The notes beneath the pieces were generated by a model. The model saw nothing but the letters and a program-made list of their open reading frames with translations. It was not told the DNA's origin and made no database searches. A program made the translations under genes and the position numbers. Positions 19,625-28,339 of a stretch of DNA of 64,000 nt are shown piece after piece (the stretch's first letter is position 1; each line of letters begins with the position of its first letter). Origin of the DNA: an uncultured virus (IMG/VR IMGVR_UViG_3300028490_000394) (Duplodnaviria; Heunggongvirae; Uroviricota; Caudoviricetes); the IMG/VR virus record IMGVR_UViG_3300028490_000394; one strand, given 5' to 3'.

Positions 19625-19940
19625 ATGTTTCAATTGAGGAGATCTTGTCTCTTGAATTGGGCCATTATGGTTCCAAAACAGTTAGTGTCCAAGCGGGTAA
19701 CCTTATATCAATTGTCCTTCAGTAAAGACTTTTGTTGGTTATATGGGATTAGTGACCCAGAATACACATAATAGAGCGGTGCACACTGAATGTACAGAGG
19801 TTCTCTTACTGTTCCGAACGGGATACCAAAGTAGGAAAAATAGATATAAATGGTGACTTTTAGATTTGGGTCATTAGAAACCGTAGGTAAAACTTGTAGG
19901 TTTACATTTTTATCAAACCTGTCTGTTTCCACACAACAGG
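19625..19940 (+). ncRNA. Putative large structured ncRNA
   Basis: Follows tRNA-like RNA; long-range stems such as TAGTGACCCAGA/TTTGGGTCATTA; higher GC than spacers. Confidence 0.4.
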
Positions 19941-19994
19941 CTTTAAGGTTAGTTATGTTATAATCTTATTATGAAGACGAAAGTTCTTCTTTAT

Positions 19995-20070
19995 GTACGT
20001 TTAGCTCAGTCGGTAGAGCATATCCTATTTAAGGATAAGGCCCGTGGTTCGAATCCTCGAGGGTACACCA
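19995..20070 (+). tRNA. Exact duplicate of 19120..19195
   Basis: Identical 76 nt; own TGTTATAAT promoter. Confidence 0.6.
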
Positions 20071-20075
20071 ATTTT

Positions 20076-20190
20076 GTTTATCATTTACTTATGAGAGGCC
20101 ATTTAGCAGAGCAGTCTACACTATGACTAGCTTAGCATTATCGGCGCTAATAAAAGAATTGTAGAGGTTAGAATCCTTGGATAAGCACCA
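20076..20190 (+). ncRNA. Acceptor/T-arm RNA family (115 nt)
   Basis: GTTTATC/GATAAGC+ACCA; TTGTAGAGGTTAGAATCCTT; no D or AC arm consensus. Confidence 0.65.
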
Positions 20191-20196
20191 TACTAT

Positions 20197-20312
20197 GTTG
20201 ACTACGTTCTACTATCGCATTTGCATTATAAATTGAGTATTCCACTAGATACTTTTCTTTTGCAGGCTTTCTTACTAGAGTTGTAGAGGTTGAAATCCTT
20301 GAGTCAGCACCA
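20197..20312 (+). ncRNA. Acceptor/T-arm RNA family (116 nt)
   Basis: GTTGACT/AGTCAGC+ACCA; TTGTAGAGGTTGAAATCCTT. Confidence 0.65.
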
Positions 20313-20318
20313 TTTTAT

Positions 20319-20389
20319 GTTTTTGTAGCTCAGTCCGGCAGAGCGGGCCCTTTAGGGCTGCGTCAATGGTTCGAATCCATTCAAAATCA
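20319..20389 (+). ncRNA. tRNA-like RNA with 4-nt anticodon loop
   Basis: TAGCTCAG D-arm; GGCCC-TTTA-GGGCT; TTCGAAT. Confidence 0.7.
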
Positions 20390-20579
20390 ATTAGACTAAT
20401 ATCCTTGAAGCGCTACCTCGGTAGAAATGCACTATTCGGATAAAAACTTTTGTTTTGTCAATTATAGTTATTAGTCTTTTCTCTATGTCGAAGTAGATTA
20501 CCACGATATCCGGGTTGCTCGATCTAATCGTTCTATCGGTGAGTGTTAAGTTTTGATACTTTTTTCGTCTACCTTTTAT

Positions 20580-20729
20580 GCGGGAGTAGCTCAGTTCGGT
20601 AGAGCGCTAAGATACTTACTTTCTTTTTTATGTCCTACGAATTCTAGGGTCGCATGTAAATCTTAGTAAGAAATGGTTTGATTCCGTTTTCTTAGAGGTC
20701 ACTGGTTCAAATCCAGTCTCCAGGCTCCA
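20580..20729 (+). ncRNA. tRNA-like RNA with ~75-nt insertion in anticodon arm
   Basis: Canonical D and T arms; CTAAGA/TCTTAG stem encloses hairpins including a second T-like arm. Confidence 0.7.
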
Positions 20730-20813
20730 AATATCCCCTTTCATTCTTATAACAATTTTAACAACATTTTCATTTATTTGCTTATGTTTAAAACTTATTA
20801 AAAGGATCCACCT

Positions 20814-21200
20814 ATGTCAAAAAAAATTCTATTAACTAAATACTATTATGTTATTTCATATATAGTTTCAAAAACAATCTTCAACAAATGTAACATGAAA
20901 TATGAGGTTTTTATTTCTTGTGATCAGCCTATCTCTAAGAAAAACTTAAAGATCATTGAAGATAATATTTCTGAAATGTTTGACTATCCTAGCAAGGTTC
21001 TTCTTACTCCAGACCTATCTAAACCTGAAGTAACTCATTTGAACGACGCTACAGACTTCATGTCTGATTTTGTTGAGGTTCGTATATCAATTTCAAAATC
21101 CTCTTCTGAAGTACCTGCTGATTACTTTAATCATGCAGTAGTTATTGAAGATAAAAATTATTTTGTTCTTTGTCCTGAAGCTTTTCAAGACGAAGATTAA
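20814..21200 (+). CDS. Hypothetical protein
   Basis: AAGGA RBS. Confidence 0.7.
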   Translation: MSKKILLTKYYYVISYIVSKTIFNKCNMKYEVFISCDQPISKKNLKIIEDNISEMFDYPSKVLLTPDLSKPEVTHLNDATDFMSDFVEVRISISKSSSEVPADYFNHAVVIEDKNYFVLCPEAFQDED

Positions 21201-21310
21201 ATATACTATACCCTTTCGAGGGTAAAGTTTCTACAATTAAAACATAGAAACCATAATTTTTAAATCTCCGATATTTTATAAAACATATATATTTATTTAA
21301 GGAGATTATT

Positions 21311-21790
21311 ATGCAAAAAAATACTAAAAAAGGGTTTACCCTTGTGGAGCTGTTATTCGTAATGGCAATTATTTCTGTCCTAGGAGCCTTTGCTATTACT
21401 CAATTTAGTAATAGTAGAACTGCTGCTTTAAAAGCACAACTTATGAATTCAGCTAAAGCTAGAATTGCTTATTTATCTTCTTTCTCTTTATCACATGAGT
21501 TTAGAGTTAAATCTTCCATTCTTGACATTCAAGCGTCTCATACTAAAAATTCTGATACTACTTACTCTTGGAGAGGTATGAAAATCTTTTCTAAACAACA
21601 TGAAGTTGGAAAGATTGGTTATGTTGGTACTTATGCATTACCTGGTACGTCAATATCAAGCTGTGTCGGGTTTTATCTTACAAGTACTGAATTACCTAAC
21701 TATTTCTTATCTGGAGGTACTTGTGCTAATAGTACGGTTATTACAGAATCCAAGATTGCTCCTTCTTATCCATATGTTTTTAAATATTAA
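21311..21790 (+). CDS. Type IV pilin-like protein
   Basis: KKG|FTLVELLFVMAI. Confidence 0.9.
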   Translation: MQKNTKKGFTLVELLFVMAIISVLGAFAITQFSNSRTAALKAQLMNSAKARIAYLSSFSLSHEFRVKSSILDIQASHTKNSDTTYSWRGMKIFSKQHEVGKIGYVGTYALPGTSISSCVGFYLTSTELPNYFLSGGTCANSTVITESKIAPSYPYVFKY

Positions 21791-21856
21791 CTTTTATATC
21801 CGAATTTTAGTTTAATCTATTATATATAAATCTAATATTAAAAATAAGGAAAACAA

Positions 21857-22279
21857 ATGAAACAAACAATTAAAAAAGGGTTCACCCTTGTGGAGCTGTT
21901 ATTCGTAATGGCAATTATCTCGATCTTAGCAGGATTTGCAATAGCAAATCTTAATGACTCAACAAAAGTAGCAACATTGAATTCAATGAAAAGTGACGCA
22001 AGAAATGCAATGAGTGCAGAGCAACTTCTATTCTCTAGTACACATAGTTATCAAACTCTTTCTTGTACAGAAGGTGTCGACGATAATAATGGTTTATGTA
22101 CAAGTGGTGCACTTAAACTAAGTGTTAGTAAAGGTAATAGAGTTGTAACTGTTAAAAGAGCTTCTGGTAATAGTTATCAAGTTTATGTAACTAACCCAGT
22201 ATTCGCTAACCAAGAATTAGTATTTGATAGTAGATATAATGGTACTTTTATATTACGTGATATAGTACATTCTCTCTAA
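21857..22279 (+). CDS. Type IV pilin-like protein
   Basis: KKG|FTLVE; SMKSDARNA; CTEGVDDNNGLC. Confidence 0.92.
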   Translation: MKQTIKKGFTLVELLFVMAIISILAGFAIANLNDSTKVATLNSMKSDARNAMSAEQLLFSSTHSYQTLSCTEGVDDNNGLCTSGALKLSVSKGNRVVTVKRASGNSYQVYVTNPVFANQELVFDSRYNGTFILRDIVHSL

Positions 22280-22356
22280 ATTATCATTCCTTTATATAGA
22301 CATAAAAATTTTAAAGGAAACTTTAAGTTTTCTTTAGCTATAATCTATTTATCGAT

Positions 22357-22433
22357 ACGGGGTTAATTCAGTCTGGTAGAAAGCTTGGAATTAAATTTCT
22401 TGGCAGTCATAGGTTCAAATCCTATATCCCGTT
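22357..22433 (+). ncRNA. Degenerate tRNA-like RNA
   Basis: ACGGGGT/ATCCCGT acceptor, TTCAAAT T-loop; irregular AC arm. Confidence 0.55.
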
Positions 22434-22443
22434 CCCGATATGT

Positions 22444-22522
22444 ATGCCTTTAGCTCAGTGGTCAGAGTGCTACCAACGTAGTTGGTGGAAGTTCATTGGT
22501 TCGAATCCTTTAAGGCATGCCA
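22444..22522 (+). ncRNA. tRNA-like RNA with 8-bp AC stem and 3-nt loop
   Basis: ATGCCTT/AAGGCAT+GCCA; CTACCAAC-GTA-GTTGGTGG. Confidence 0.7.
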
Positions 22523-22527
22523 TTTAT

Positions 22528-22644
22528 GTTTACTAATTATCTTTTGAAACAGATCTTGCACCGTTCCAAGTTCCGTTATCCTACACAGTTCTAGGAAGCT
22601 CAAATTATTTATTTGTAAAGGTGAAAATCCTTAAGTAGACACCA
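22528..22644 (+). ncRNA. Acceptor/T-arm RNA family (117 nt)
   Basis: GTTTACT/AGTAGAC+ACCA; TTGTAAAGGTGAAAATCCTT. Confidence 0.65.
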
Positions 22645-22669
22645 TTTTTATTGGCAATTATCTTCTTTT

Positions 22670-22855
22670 ATAAAGTTGATAATACACCTGCAGAGTTGAG
22701 AATGCTTGAATAAACCTAAAAGTATGAAACAGTCTAGGTCCGTAGGGCTACTAGAGTATGTGAGGAAAGTGACTACGGAACAAGCGTATGCTGTATGAAA
22801 CAAAGCAGGTTGTCCTTCGCATTTCAATTGATAGTGTAATATATATCAGCTCTAG
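22670..22855 (+). ncRNA. Putative structured ncRNA
   Basis: Nested stems ACCTGC/GCAGGT, TGCTTG/CAAGCG, CCGTAG/CTACGG; GTATGAAACA twice. Confidence 0.45.
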
Positions 22856-22896
22856 TTATATACTTTTACCCCTTTAACACTTAAATAGGAGTACTT

Positions 22897-23271
22897 TTGC
22901 TCAACAAAAATCATTTAAAATCTTATCATTGGAATGTTATCGAGTTAGATACTATAGAACTCTCAACTTATGGAATTCATATATTTTCTGAGCAAATGCT
23001 TACTTTAGAACAAATATCTAATATCTATGCTCTTATTCAAGATAAAAAAATCTCTGTTCCTTTTGTTTCTTTGAAAAATAAAGATTATGTTTCTAGCTAT
23101 GGTGTTATACCTTTTTCTTCTTTAGATATTTCTAACATATTGAAAGTAAAGTATATAACTAACCCTCGAAAAATAAGAGCTTCTTTACTTAATAGCGCTT
23201 ATCGTGATCATAGAATATTTAATTTTGTTACATTTGATAAGGATCTTAACCCTTCTCTAACTTTACTTTAA
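22897..23271 (+). CDS. Hypothetical protein, paralog of 24473 and 24911
   Basis: Y-WN-I start and FN-VTFD-DL end shared. Confidence 0.7.
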   Translation: MLNKNHLKSYHWNVIELDTIELSTYGIHIFSEQMLTLEQISNIYALIQDKKISVPFVSLKNKDYVSSYGVIPFSSLDISNILKVKYITNPRKIRASLLNSAYRDHRIFNFVTFDKDLNPSLTLL

Positions 23272-23316
23272 TCCTGGAGTGGAAATTTTTGCAACCTTAG
23301 GTTGGTCTTCTTCTTT

Positions 23317-23871
23317 CTAAATAAACTTATCTCTCACATTATATTCTTTAAATAGTTCGTCAAAATATTTATATGCGTTACCTACAAAAACCAGGTCCGC
23401 TCTTTTTGTTGTGCTATCTTCTATATATGATATCGCTCTATTATAGATTTCATTCTTTGTATCATTATCTATCTCAAGTGATTTTATCCCCACTAAAATA
23501 AAATATAGCCTATATGTAGATATTTGTGCAGTTACTGCTTTTAATGTTTCTACCTCTGTCAGATCCTCTAGGTTCACATTTTCACTATATACACCTAACA
23601 TATCCTCTATCACTGTGTATTGCTCTGGATACTCTTCCTGGTACGTTCTACGGTATATCTCTGCAGGCGTTACAGTTACTGATTCTATTTTTATTTTCTT
23701 TATCTCTTTTTCTTTACTTTTTACTATTTCTAGATCTTGATTATTCTCTATAACCTTCTCTATTTTAATTTCTTTTTTTAAAAGGGACTCTTTACTTTCC
23801 TCTTCAGTTAATGAAATATATCCTAGTGTTAAAGTAACTGCGCATGCTATTGCTATTATTTTATTTGTCAT
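23317..23871 (-). CDS. Exported/membrane-anchored hypothetical protein
   Basis: N-terminal hydrophobic segment. Confidence 0.7.
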   Translation of the reverse strand: MTNKIIAIACAVTLTLGYISLTEEESKESLLKKEIKIEKVIENNQDLEIVKSKEKEIKKIKIESVTVTPAEIYRRTYQEEYPEQYTVIEDMLGVYSENVNLEDLTEVETLKAVTAQISTYRLYFILVGIKSLEIDNDTKNEIYNRAISYIEDSTTKRADLVFVGNAYKYFDELFKEYNVRDKFI

Positions 23872-23986
23872 ATTCTTTTCTTTTCTCCTATTATAATAGA
23901 AGTGAGTTAAAAGTATGCTTAAGTTAATTTACCGATATTTTTCTATTCTGTTTATATATATAAAAATATAACAAAAGGAATTACTT

Positions 23987-24409
23987 ATGAAACAATTAAA
24001 TAAAAAAGGGTTCACCCTTGTCGAACTATTATTCGTAATGGCAATAATATCAATCTTAGCAGGTTTTGCAATCGCAAATCTTAATGATAGTACTCGGGTA
24101 GCAACTGTTACCTCTATGAAGAGTGACGTTAAAAATGCTATTACTCAGATAGAACAAGAATATGCTGCCACCGGTGTTTATAGCGATCATTCTACAACTG
24201 ATATTTGTGTTCAAGGTACTTCTGATACTAATGGTATGTGTACTTTTGGTACAAAGAAAATTCCTATTTCAAAAGGAAATAAAATGTATATCAATTATGT
24301 TCAGTTTGTAGGACAGCCTCCAGGGTATACTGTTCTTTTAAGAAATAGTACGTATTCAGACCAGGTCAGATTTATTAAACACGTTGACGGTGCTATTTAT
24401 ACATTCTAA
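23987..24409 (+). CDS. Type IV pilin-like protein
   Basis: KKG|FTLVE; SMKSD; C..G..DTNGMC. Confidence 0.92.
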   Translation: MKQLNKKGFTLVELLFVMAIISILAGFAIANLNDSTRVATVTSMKSDVKNAITQIEQEYAATGVYSDHSTTDICVQGTSDTNGMCTFGTKKIPISKGNKMYINYVQFVGQPPGYTVLLRNSTYSDQVRFIKHVDGAIYTF

Positions 24410-24472
24410 TATCGTCTTATAACAAACCCACTACTATTTTTAAATAGTAAATTTTCTACAACGGAGTCTATT

Positions 24473-24901
24473 ATGACTATTCAACCTGAACTTATATACT
24501 TTTGGAATGCTATTCGCTTCCATAGTATTGGACCACACGGATACAAGTATTACAAGCTTAATATCCTTACTCAAGAACACTGTTCTCCTACTCAACTGCA
24601 AACACTTGCAGATTCTATCATTGCTGGTAAGCAAGACGTCCCTAATGTTATGTTACTAGACGTTAATGACTCAAGTGCTATCTATCATGGACCTCAACTC
24701 TATACTGTTTTAGATCAAACTAAAACTTTTATAGATTCTGGTGTGACTGAAATTCTTGGATCTTTACTGCATGAACTTTACGTAGAATGTACTTATCCGG
24801 ATTCTTATCCTGGTACACGTCTGCCTCTTAAAAAGCAAACTTTCAATGAAGCTATCTTCAGTAAAGAACTTGACAGATTTGTCATTCAACCAATTAATTA
24901 A
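24473..24901 (+). CDS. Hypothetical protein (paralog family)
   Basis: Aligns with 24911..25336 (NILT, LAD-II-GK, QTFN). Confidence 0.75.
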   Translation: MTIQPELIYFWNAIRFHSIGPHGYKYYKLNILTQEHCSPTQLQTLADSIIAGKQDVPNVMLLDVNDSSAIYHGPQLYTVLDQTKTFIDSGVTEILGSLLHELYVECTYPDSYPGTRLPLKKQTFNEAIFSKELDRFVIQPIN

Positions 24902-24910
24902 GGATATATT

Positions 24911-25336
24911 ATGTTTAAACCGTATTACTGGAATAGTATTTCAATTACTATTTCTAGACCACGCACGCGCTGCAAAGCTATTCATGTTAAGATTAATATC
25001 TTAACTGAAACACATATTACTCAGAATAGACTTCTTCAGCTAGCTGATATGATTATTCAAGGTAAAGAACGTCCTGAAAATGTCCTTAGTATTAAAAAAT
25101 TCACTAAGAATGATATTCATTCTATTTTTGAAGGTAATTTTAATGATAAAATTTATGAGTTTAAAGAGATTAAGACTAAAACCAGTGTAACTACTGGCAT
25201 TCTTACTTTTGACCGTGATTTATTAGAAGGTACTTACAATTACGATAATATGCCTGATCATATTCAGCGCCAAACATTTAACGTTGCTACTTTCGACGAA
25301 GATCTTGATCGTTATACATTTACTCAAGAAGATTAA
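24911..25336 (+). CDS. Hypothetical protein (paralog family)
   Basis: As above. Confidence 0.75.
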   Translation: MFKPYYWNSISITISRPRTRCKAIHVKINILTETHITQNRLLQLADMIIQGKERPENVLSIKKFTKNDIHSIFEGNFNDKIYEFKEIKTKTSVTTGILTFDRDLLEGTYNYDNMPDHIQRQTFNVATFDEDLDRYTFTQED

Positions 25337-25370
25337 GTTCTTCTCTAGACCCTTTCCAGGGCCCTAGATA

Positions 25371-25679
25371 CTAATAATCGTAACTTGCTCCATTATCTTC
25401 ATTATCTATAACGTCCATAATATTGAATGCTCCATAGTTCTTTCCAAATAGTTTTTCTACTACAGCTATCTCTTCTTGATTAGTTGATATTACTTCATAA
25501 TCACTCTTATCAATTGTTCCCATAAGATCTGAATGCTTTCCTGCTATCTCACCCGGGTTAATTTCTCTTTCTTCTTCAGCTGCTACTTCTAATCTTTTAA
25601 ACTCTTCTTCTGTTAAAACTGCAGTTACTTTTCCAAATGCAAATGGGATTCTAAAATCCAATCTTACTAAATACTTCAT
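25371..25679 (-). CDS. Phage-type hypothetical protein
   Basis: GEIxGKHS motif; tandem paralog of 25681..25971. Confidence 0.78.
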   Translation of the reverse strand: MKYLVRLDFRIPFAFGKVTAVLTEEEFKRLEVAAEEEREINPGEIAGKHSDLMGTIDKSDYEVISTNQEEIAVVEKLFGKNYGAFNIMDVIDNEDNGASYDY

Positions 25680-25680
25680 T

Positions 25681-25971
25681 TTACTTTCCTTCTATCGCGT
25701 CCATAATATTGAACGCCCCATAATTTTTACCTAGTAGTTTTCTGACTACTTCAATTTCAGCTGTATCTGTTGAAAGTATTTTAAAATCAGCTAGCTCAAT
25801 TGGGCCTGCTACGTTGGAATGCTTCCCTTCTATTTCACCAAGACATATTTGTTGTTTATTTGTTGCAGCTTCTCTTAATTTTTGATACTCTTCTTCTGTT
25901 AGAATTGAGAGTGCTTTTCCAAATGCGTCTCTTAATCCAAAATCTACTTCTACTAAATATGTCTTTGCCAT
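25681..25971 (-). CDS. Phage-type hypothetical protein
   Basis: GEIEGKHS; GKNYGAFNIMD shared with neighbour. Confidence 0.78.
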   Translation of the reverse strand: MAKTYLVEVDFGLRDAFGKALSILTEEEYQKLREAATNKQQICLGEIEGKHSNVAGPIELADFKILSTDTAEIEVVRKLLGKNYGAFNIMDAIEGK

Positions 25972-26050
25972 ACTTTTTCCTTTATTTTATATATTATAGT
26001 ATACCTATATACTACTTTATATATCCTTAAAGGTAGAACCCAAGTGGGTT

Positions 26051-26386
26051 CTAGAACTGTTCGTTCGCTTTTTCTTTTTGTTTGATTTTTAGTTCTACAG
26101 TTAACTCTTTTAACATTTTACAGGCAACGTCTTCTGAGATTCCTTCAAACATTCGATCTTCTTCTCTTAATCCTGATATTCTAATAACTGGTAGGTCATA
26201 TAGATATATAAAAATCTGCTTACCACCCATTACTGAAATTTTTAATGGTCCAGAGATATAATCTCCCATAGAAAAAAATCTTTTGAAAACACCGTTATTA
26301 AAGGCATTCATAGCCACTCCTGAAAATACAGATACTAATCTTTCAAATTCTACTGTTGTTGTTACTGGTTGTTCATTTTTGTTCAT
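26051..26386 (-). CDS. Hypothetical protein
   Basis: GAAAGG RBS. Confidence 0.7.
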   Translation of the reverse strand: MNKNEQPVTTTVEFERLVSVFSGVAMNAFNNGVFKRFFSMGDYISGPLKISVMGGKQIFIYLYDLPVIRISGLREEDRMFEGISEDVACKMLKELTVELKIKQKEKANEQF

Positions 26387-26492
26387 AATTGAACCTTTCT
26401 AATAAGTTTTAAACATAAAAAATATATGTTGTTAATATTGTTATAGTAGAGTTTAGACTAATATAGTATTGGTAGATAGGAAAAGTTCCTAT

Positions 26493-26816
26493 CTAGAATG
26501 AAATATCTATCCTTGAGTCTTTCCACCCAATTAAGAATAGAATAGACGCGATAGAAAAAGCTGTTATGCATGTATACAATAAGAACTCTAGTTCTTTTCC
26601 ATTTATAGTTGCTGATTCTATAAATAGAATTCCAACTACAATACTGAATAACATTAATATTGCACCTAGCAACATATTTTCTATTGAATTTGTAATCGTT
26701 TCTGATACTAATACAAATGTCATTGCTATTAAAAGCCCTACTAATAGAACCTTTAAGCTTACTACTGATAATAACATTACTGCTATTATTAACATTGTTA
26801 ATCTTTTTTTACTCAT
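26493..26816 (-). CDS. Membrane protein
   Basis: Three hydrophobic segments; AAGGA RBS. Confidence 0.7.
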   Translation of the reverse strand: MSKKRLTMLIIAVMLLSVVSLKVLLVGLLIAMTFVLVSETITNSIENMLLGAILMLFSIVVGILFIESATINGKELEFLLYTCITAFSIASILFLIGWKDSRIDISF

Positions 26817-26985
26817 TTTTTTTCCTTTAAAATAGTGTTAACACTGTTATATGAACTAAATTTCTACAAATTTATACTTTTTTTCTATTTTTAATTGAAC
26901 TTTAAGCATAACTCGTATATAATACTAACATACAAAGAGGGAACACACCTTCTTTAGAGTGCAAGTCTCTATGTTCTTTTAAAAT

Positions 26986-27062
26986 GGGTCATTAACTCAG
27001 TTGGTTAGAGTGCTCCGCTCATAACGGAGTTGTCGCTGGTTCGAGTCCAGCATGACCCACCA
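26986..27062 (+). tRNA. tRNA(CAT): elongator Met or Ile2
   Basis: Perfect cloverleaf; CTCCG-CTCATAA-CGGAG; G1:C72; ACCA. Confidence 0.92.
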
Positions 27063-27070
27063 CATTTTAT

Positions 27071-27133
27071 GTTCTCGATTGGGTCAGCTGCCATGAATTT
27101 GGCTTGCCATGGGTTCAACTCCCATAGAGTACA
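27071..27133 (+). ncRNA. Truncated tRNA-like element
   Basis: T arm ATGGG-TTCAACT-CCCAT; weak acceptor; reduced D arm. Confidence 0.35.
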
Positions 27134-27461
27134 CTAGTGTTTTTAACTTTTCACAGAAAAGCTAAAAGATATTAAAAATAAGTCTATGATAAGACTGTGA
27201 TCTTATTTGTGTTGCATAAAAAGTGTGCGGCTTATGGTATCTTTGTTAACATTTCTATTTTGTCCAGTCTTCTAAACATTTTAATCTTGACTTTTTTACA
27301 GAGAAGTTAGAAGTATCAATGAGTCTGTAAACTTGTTGCGGTTGCATATGGGGTTTTACCGCGTGTGCGATTCGTAAGAGAATATCTTCGAAAGTTTATT
27401 ATGGAAGCGTATAGTAAAGTACTGTATCTAGGAGTTAAATCTCTTAGTGGGCACCCTTTAT

Positions 27462-27560
27462 GATAAGTAGCGGATCTATTAGCCGGTTGAGGCGAAATAG
27501 ACATACATTCCATAACTTCATTTGTTATGGCTATAGGTGAGAATCCTATCCTTGTCACCA
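27462..27560 (+). ncRNA. tRNA-like RNA with enlarged D-arm region
   Basis: GATAAG/CTTGTC+ACCA; T arm ATAGG-TGAGAAT-CCTAT; stems TCTATT/AATAGA and CCATAAC/GTTATGG. Confidence 0.6.
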
Positions 27561-27567
27561 ATATTGT

Positions 27568-27645
27568 CGCGGAGTAGAGCAGTTCGGTCAGCTCGCTGGG
27601 TTCATAATCCAGAGGTCATTGGTTCAAATCCAATCTCCGCAACCA
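27568..27645 (+). tRNA. tRNA-fMet(CAT)
   Basis: CGCGGAGTAGAGCAG; CTGGG-TTCATAA-TCCAG; ACCA. Confidence 0.9.
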
Positions 27646-27810
27646 AACTTTAAGGTTATATTCGCTATAATCTATTTAGAAGCTTTCATAATGTGTACAG
27701 ATTGTATGTATTCTGAAGACTTTAAATTTATATAATCCCTAGAAAGGTAATGAGACCTGAGTTTCAGGTTAATGGCTCGCTTGTCATTTTATATTCTTTT
27801 ATTTCTTTTT

Positions 27811-27882
27811 AAATAACGATCAAACGGATCGGCTCAACCCATTTATTGAGCAAGCTAAGGGAAAATCCCATAGCAGTTATTT
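27811..27882 (+). ncRNA. Four-way-junction RNA motif, copy 1
   Basis: AATAAC/GTTATT closing; GATC/GATC, GCTCAA/TTGAGC, GGGA/TCCC hairpins. Confidence 0.5.
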
Positions 27883-27901
27883 AAATTGTGTCTTTACACT
27901 T

Positions 27902-27973
27902 GGTTGTGTAGTTTAGTTGGTTAGAGTGCTCCATTATGGAGAGATAGAGGTTCGAATCCTTTTGCAATCGCCA
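27902..27973 (+). ncRNA. tRNA-like RNA with 3-nt anticodon loop
   Basis: CTCCA-TTA-TGGAG; TTCGAAT; GCCA. Confidence 0.72.
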
Positions 27974-27981
27974 AAATTTAT

Positions 27982-28054
27982 GATTGTGTAGCTTAATTGG
28001 TCAGAATGCTCCCCCGAGGGAGTGACGGAGGTTCGAACCCTTCTGCAACCGCCA
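27982..28054 (+). ncRNA. tRNA-like RNA with 4-nt anticodon loop
   Basis: CTCCC-CCGA-GGGAG; TTCGAAC; GCCA; paralog of previous. Confidence 0.72.
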
Positions 28055-28101
28055 GAAATTTTCATAATGTATATATATTGTATATATTATGAAGGTTTCT
28101 T

Positions 28102-28184
28102 TTTTATAATGAAAGATCATTCGGATCGGTTCAACTTTACTGTTGGGCTACGTAAGGGAGCAACGCCTTAATATATTATGAAAA
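28102..28184 (+). ncRNA. Four-way-junction RNA motif, copy 2
   Basis: GATC-N3-CGGATCGGYTCAAC...TTGRGC...TAAGGGA shared with copy 1. Confidence 0.5.
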
Positions 28185-28262
28185 TTTAGCCTTCTGTAAT
28201 CCTTGTTTGAATGCTTCGATTACACAGATAACACTCTTGTTTGAATGTTATCTGTACTATAT

Positions 28263-28339
28263 GCCTTTATAGCTCAGTTGGTAGAGCAGGGGATTCTAAA
28301 TCCCTTTGTCGCGAGTTCGAGTCTCGTTAAAGTGCACCA
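28263..28339 (+). tRNA. Amber suppressor tRNA(CTA), Phe-like body
   Basis: GGGGA-TTCTAAA-TCCCT (CTA at 28296-28298); canonical D/T arms; bulge in acceptor; ACCA. Confidence 0.82.

Noticed and set aside
18645..19932. ORFs 18645..18845, 19169..19360, 19708..19932
   Set aside because: Lie over tRNA-like or structured RNAs, with no RBS
17834..22855. RNase P RNA or tmRNA
   Set aside because: Only isolated short matches (AGATAATGAC, GAGGAAAGT); required P4 partner or tag frame not found
27316..27561. 81-aa minus-strand ORF
   Set aside because: Antisense to a tRNA-like RNA; no RBS
28263..28339. Genome-wide TAG recoding implied by the suppressor tRNA
   Set aside because: Genes are intact in code 11 and recognisable proteins (apt, GNAT, K+ channel) end at TAG at expected lengths; recoding elsewhere in the genome is not excluded
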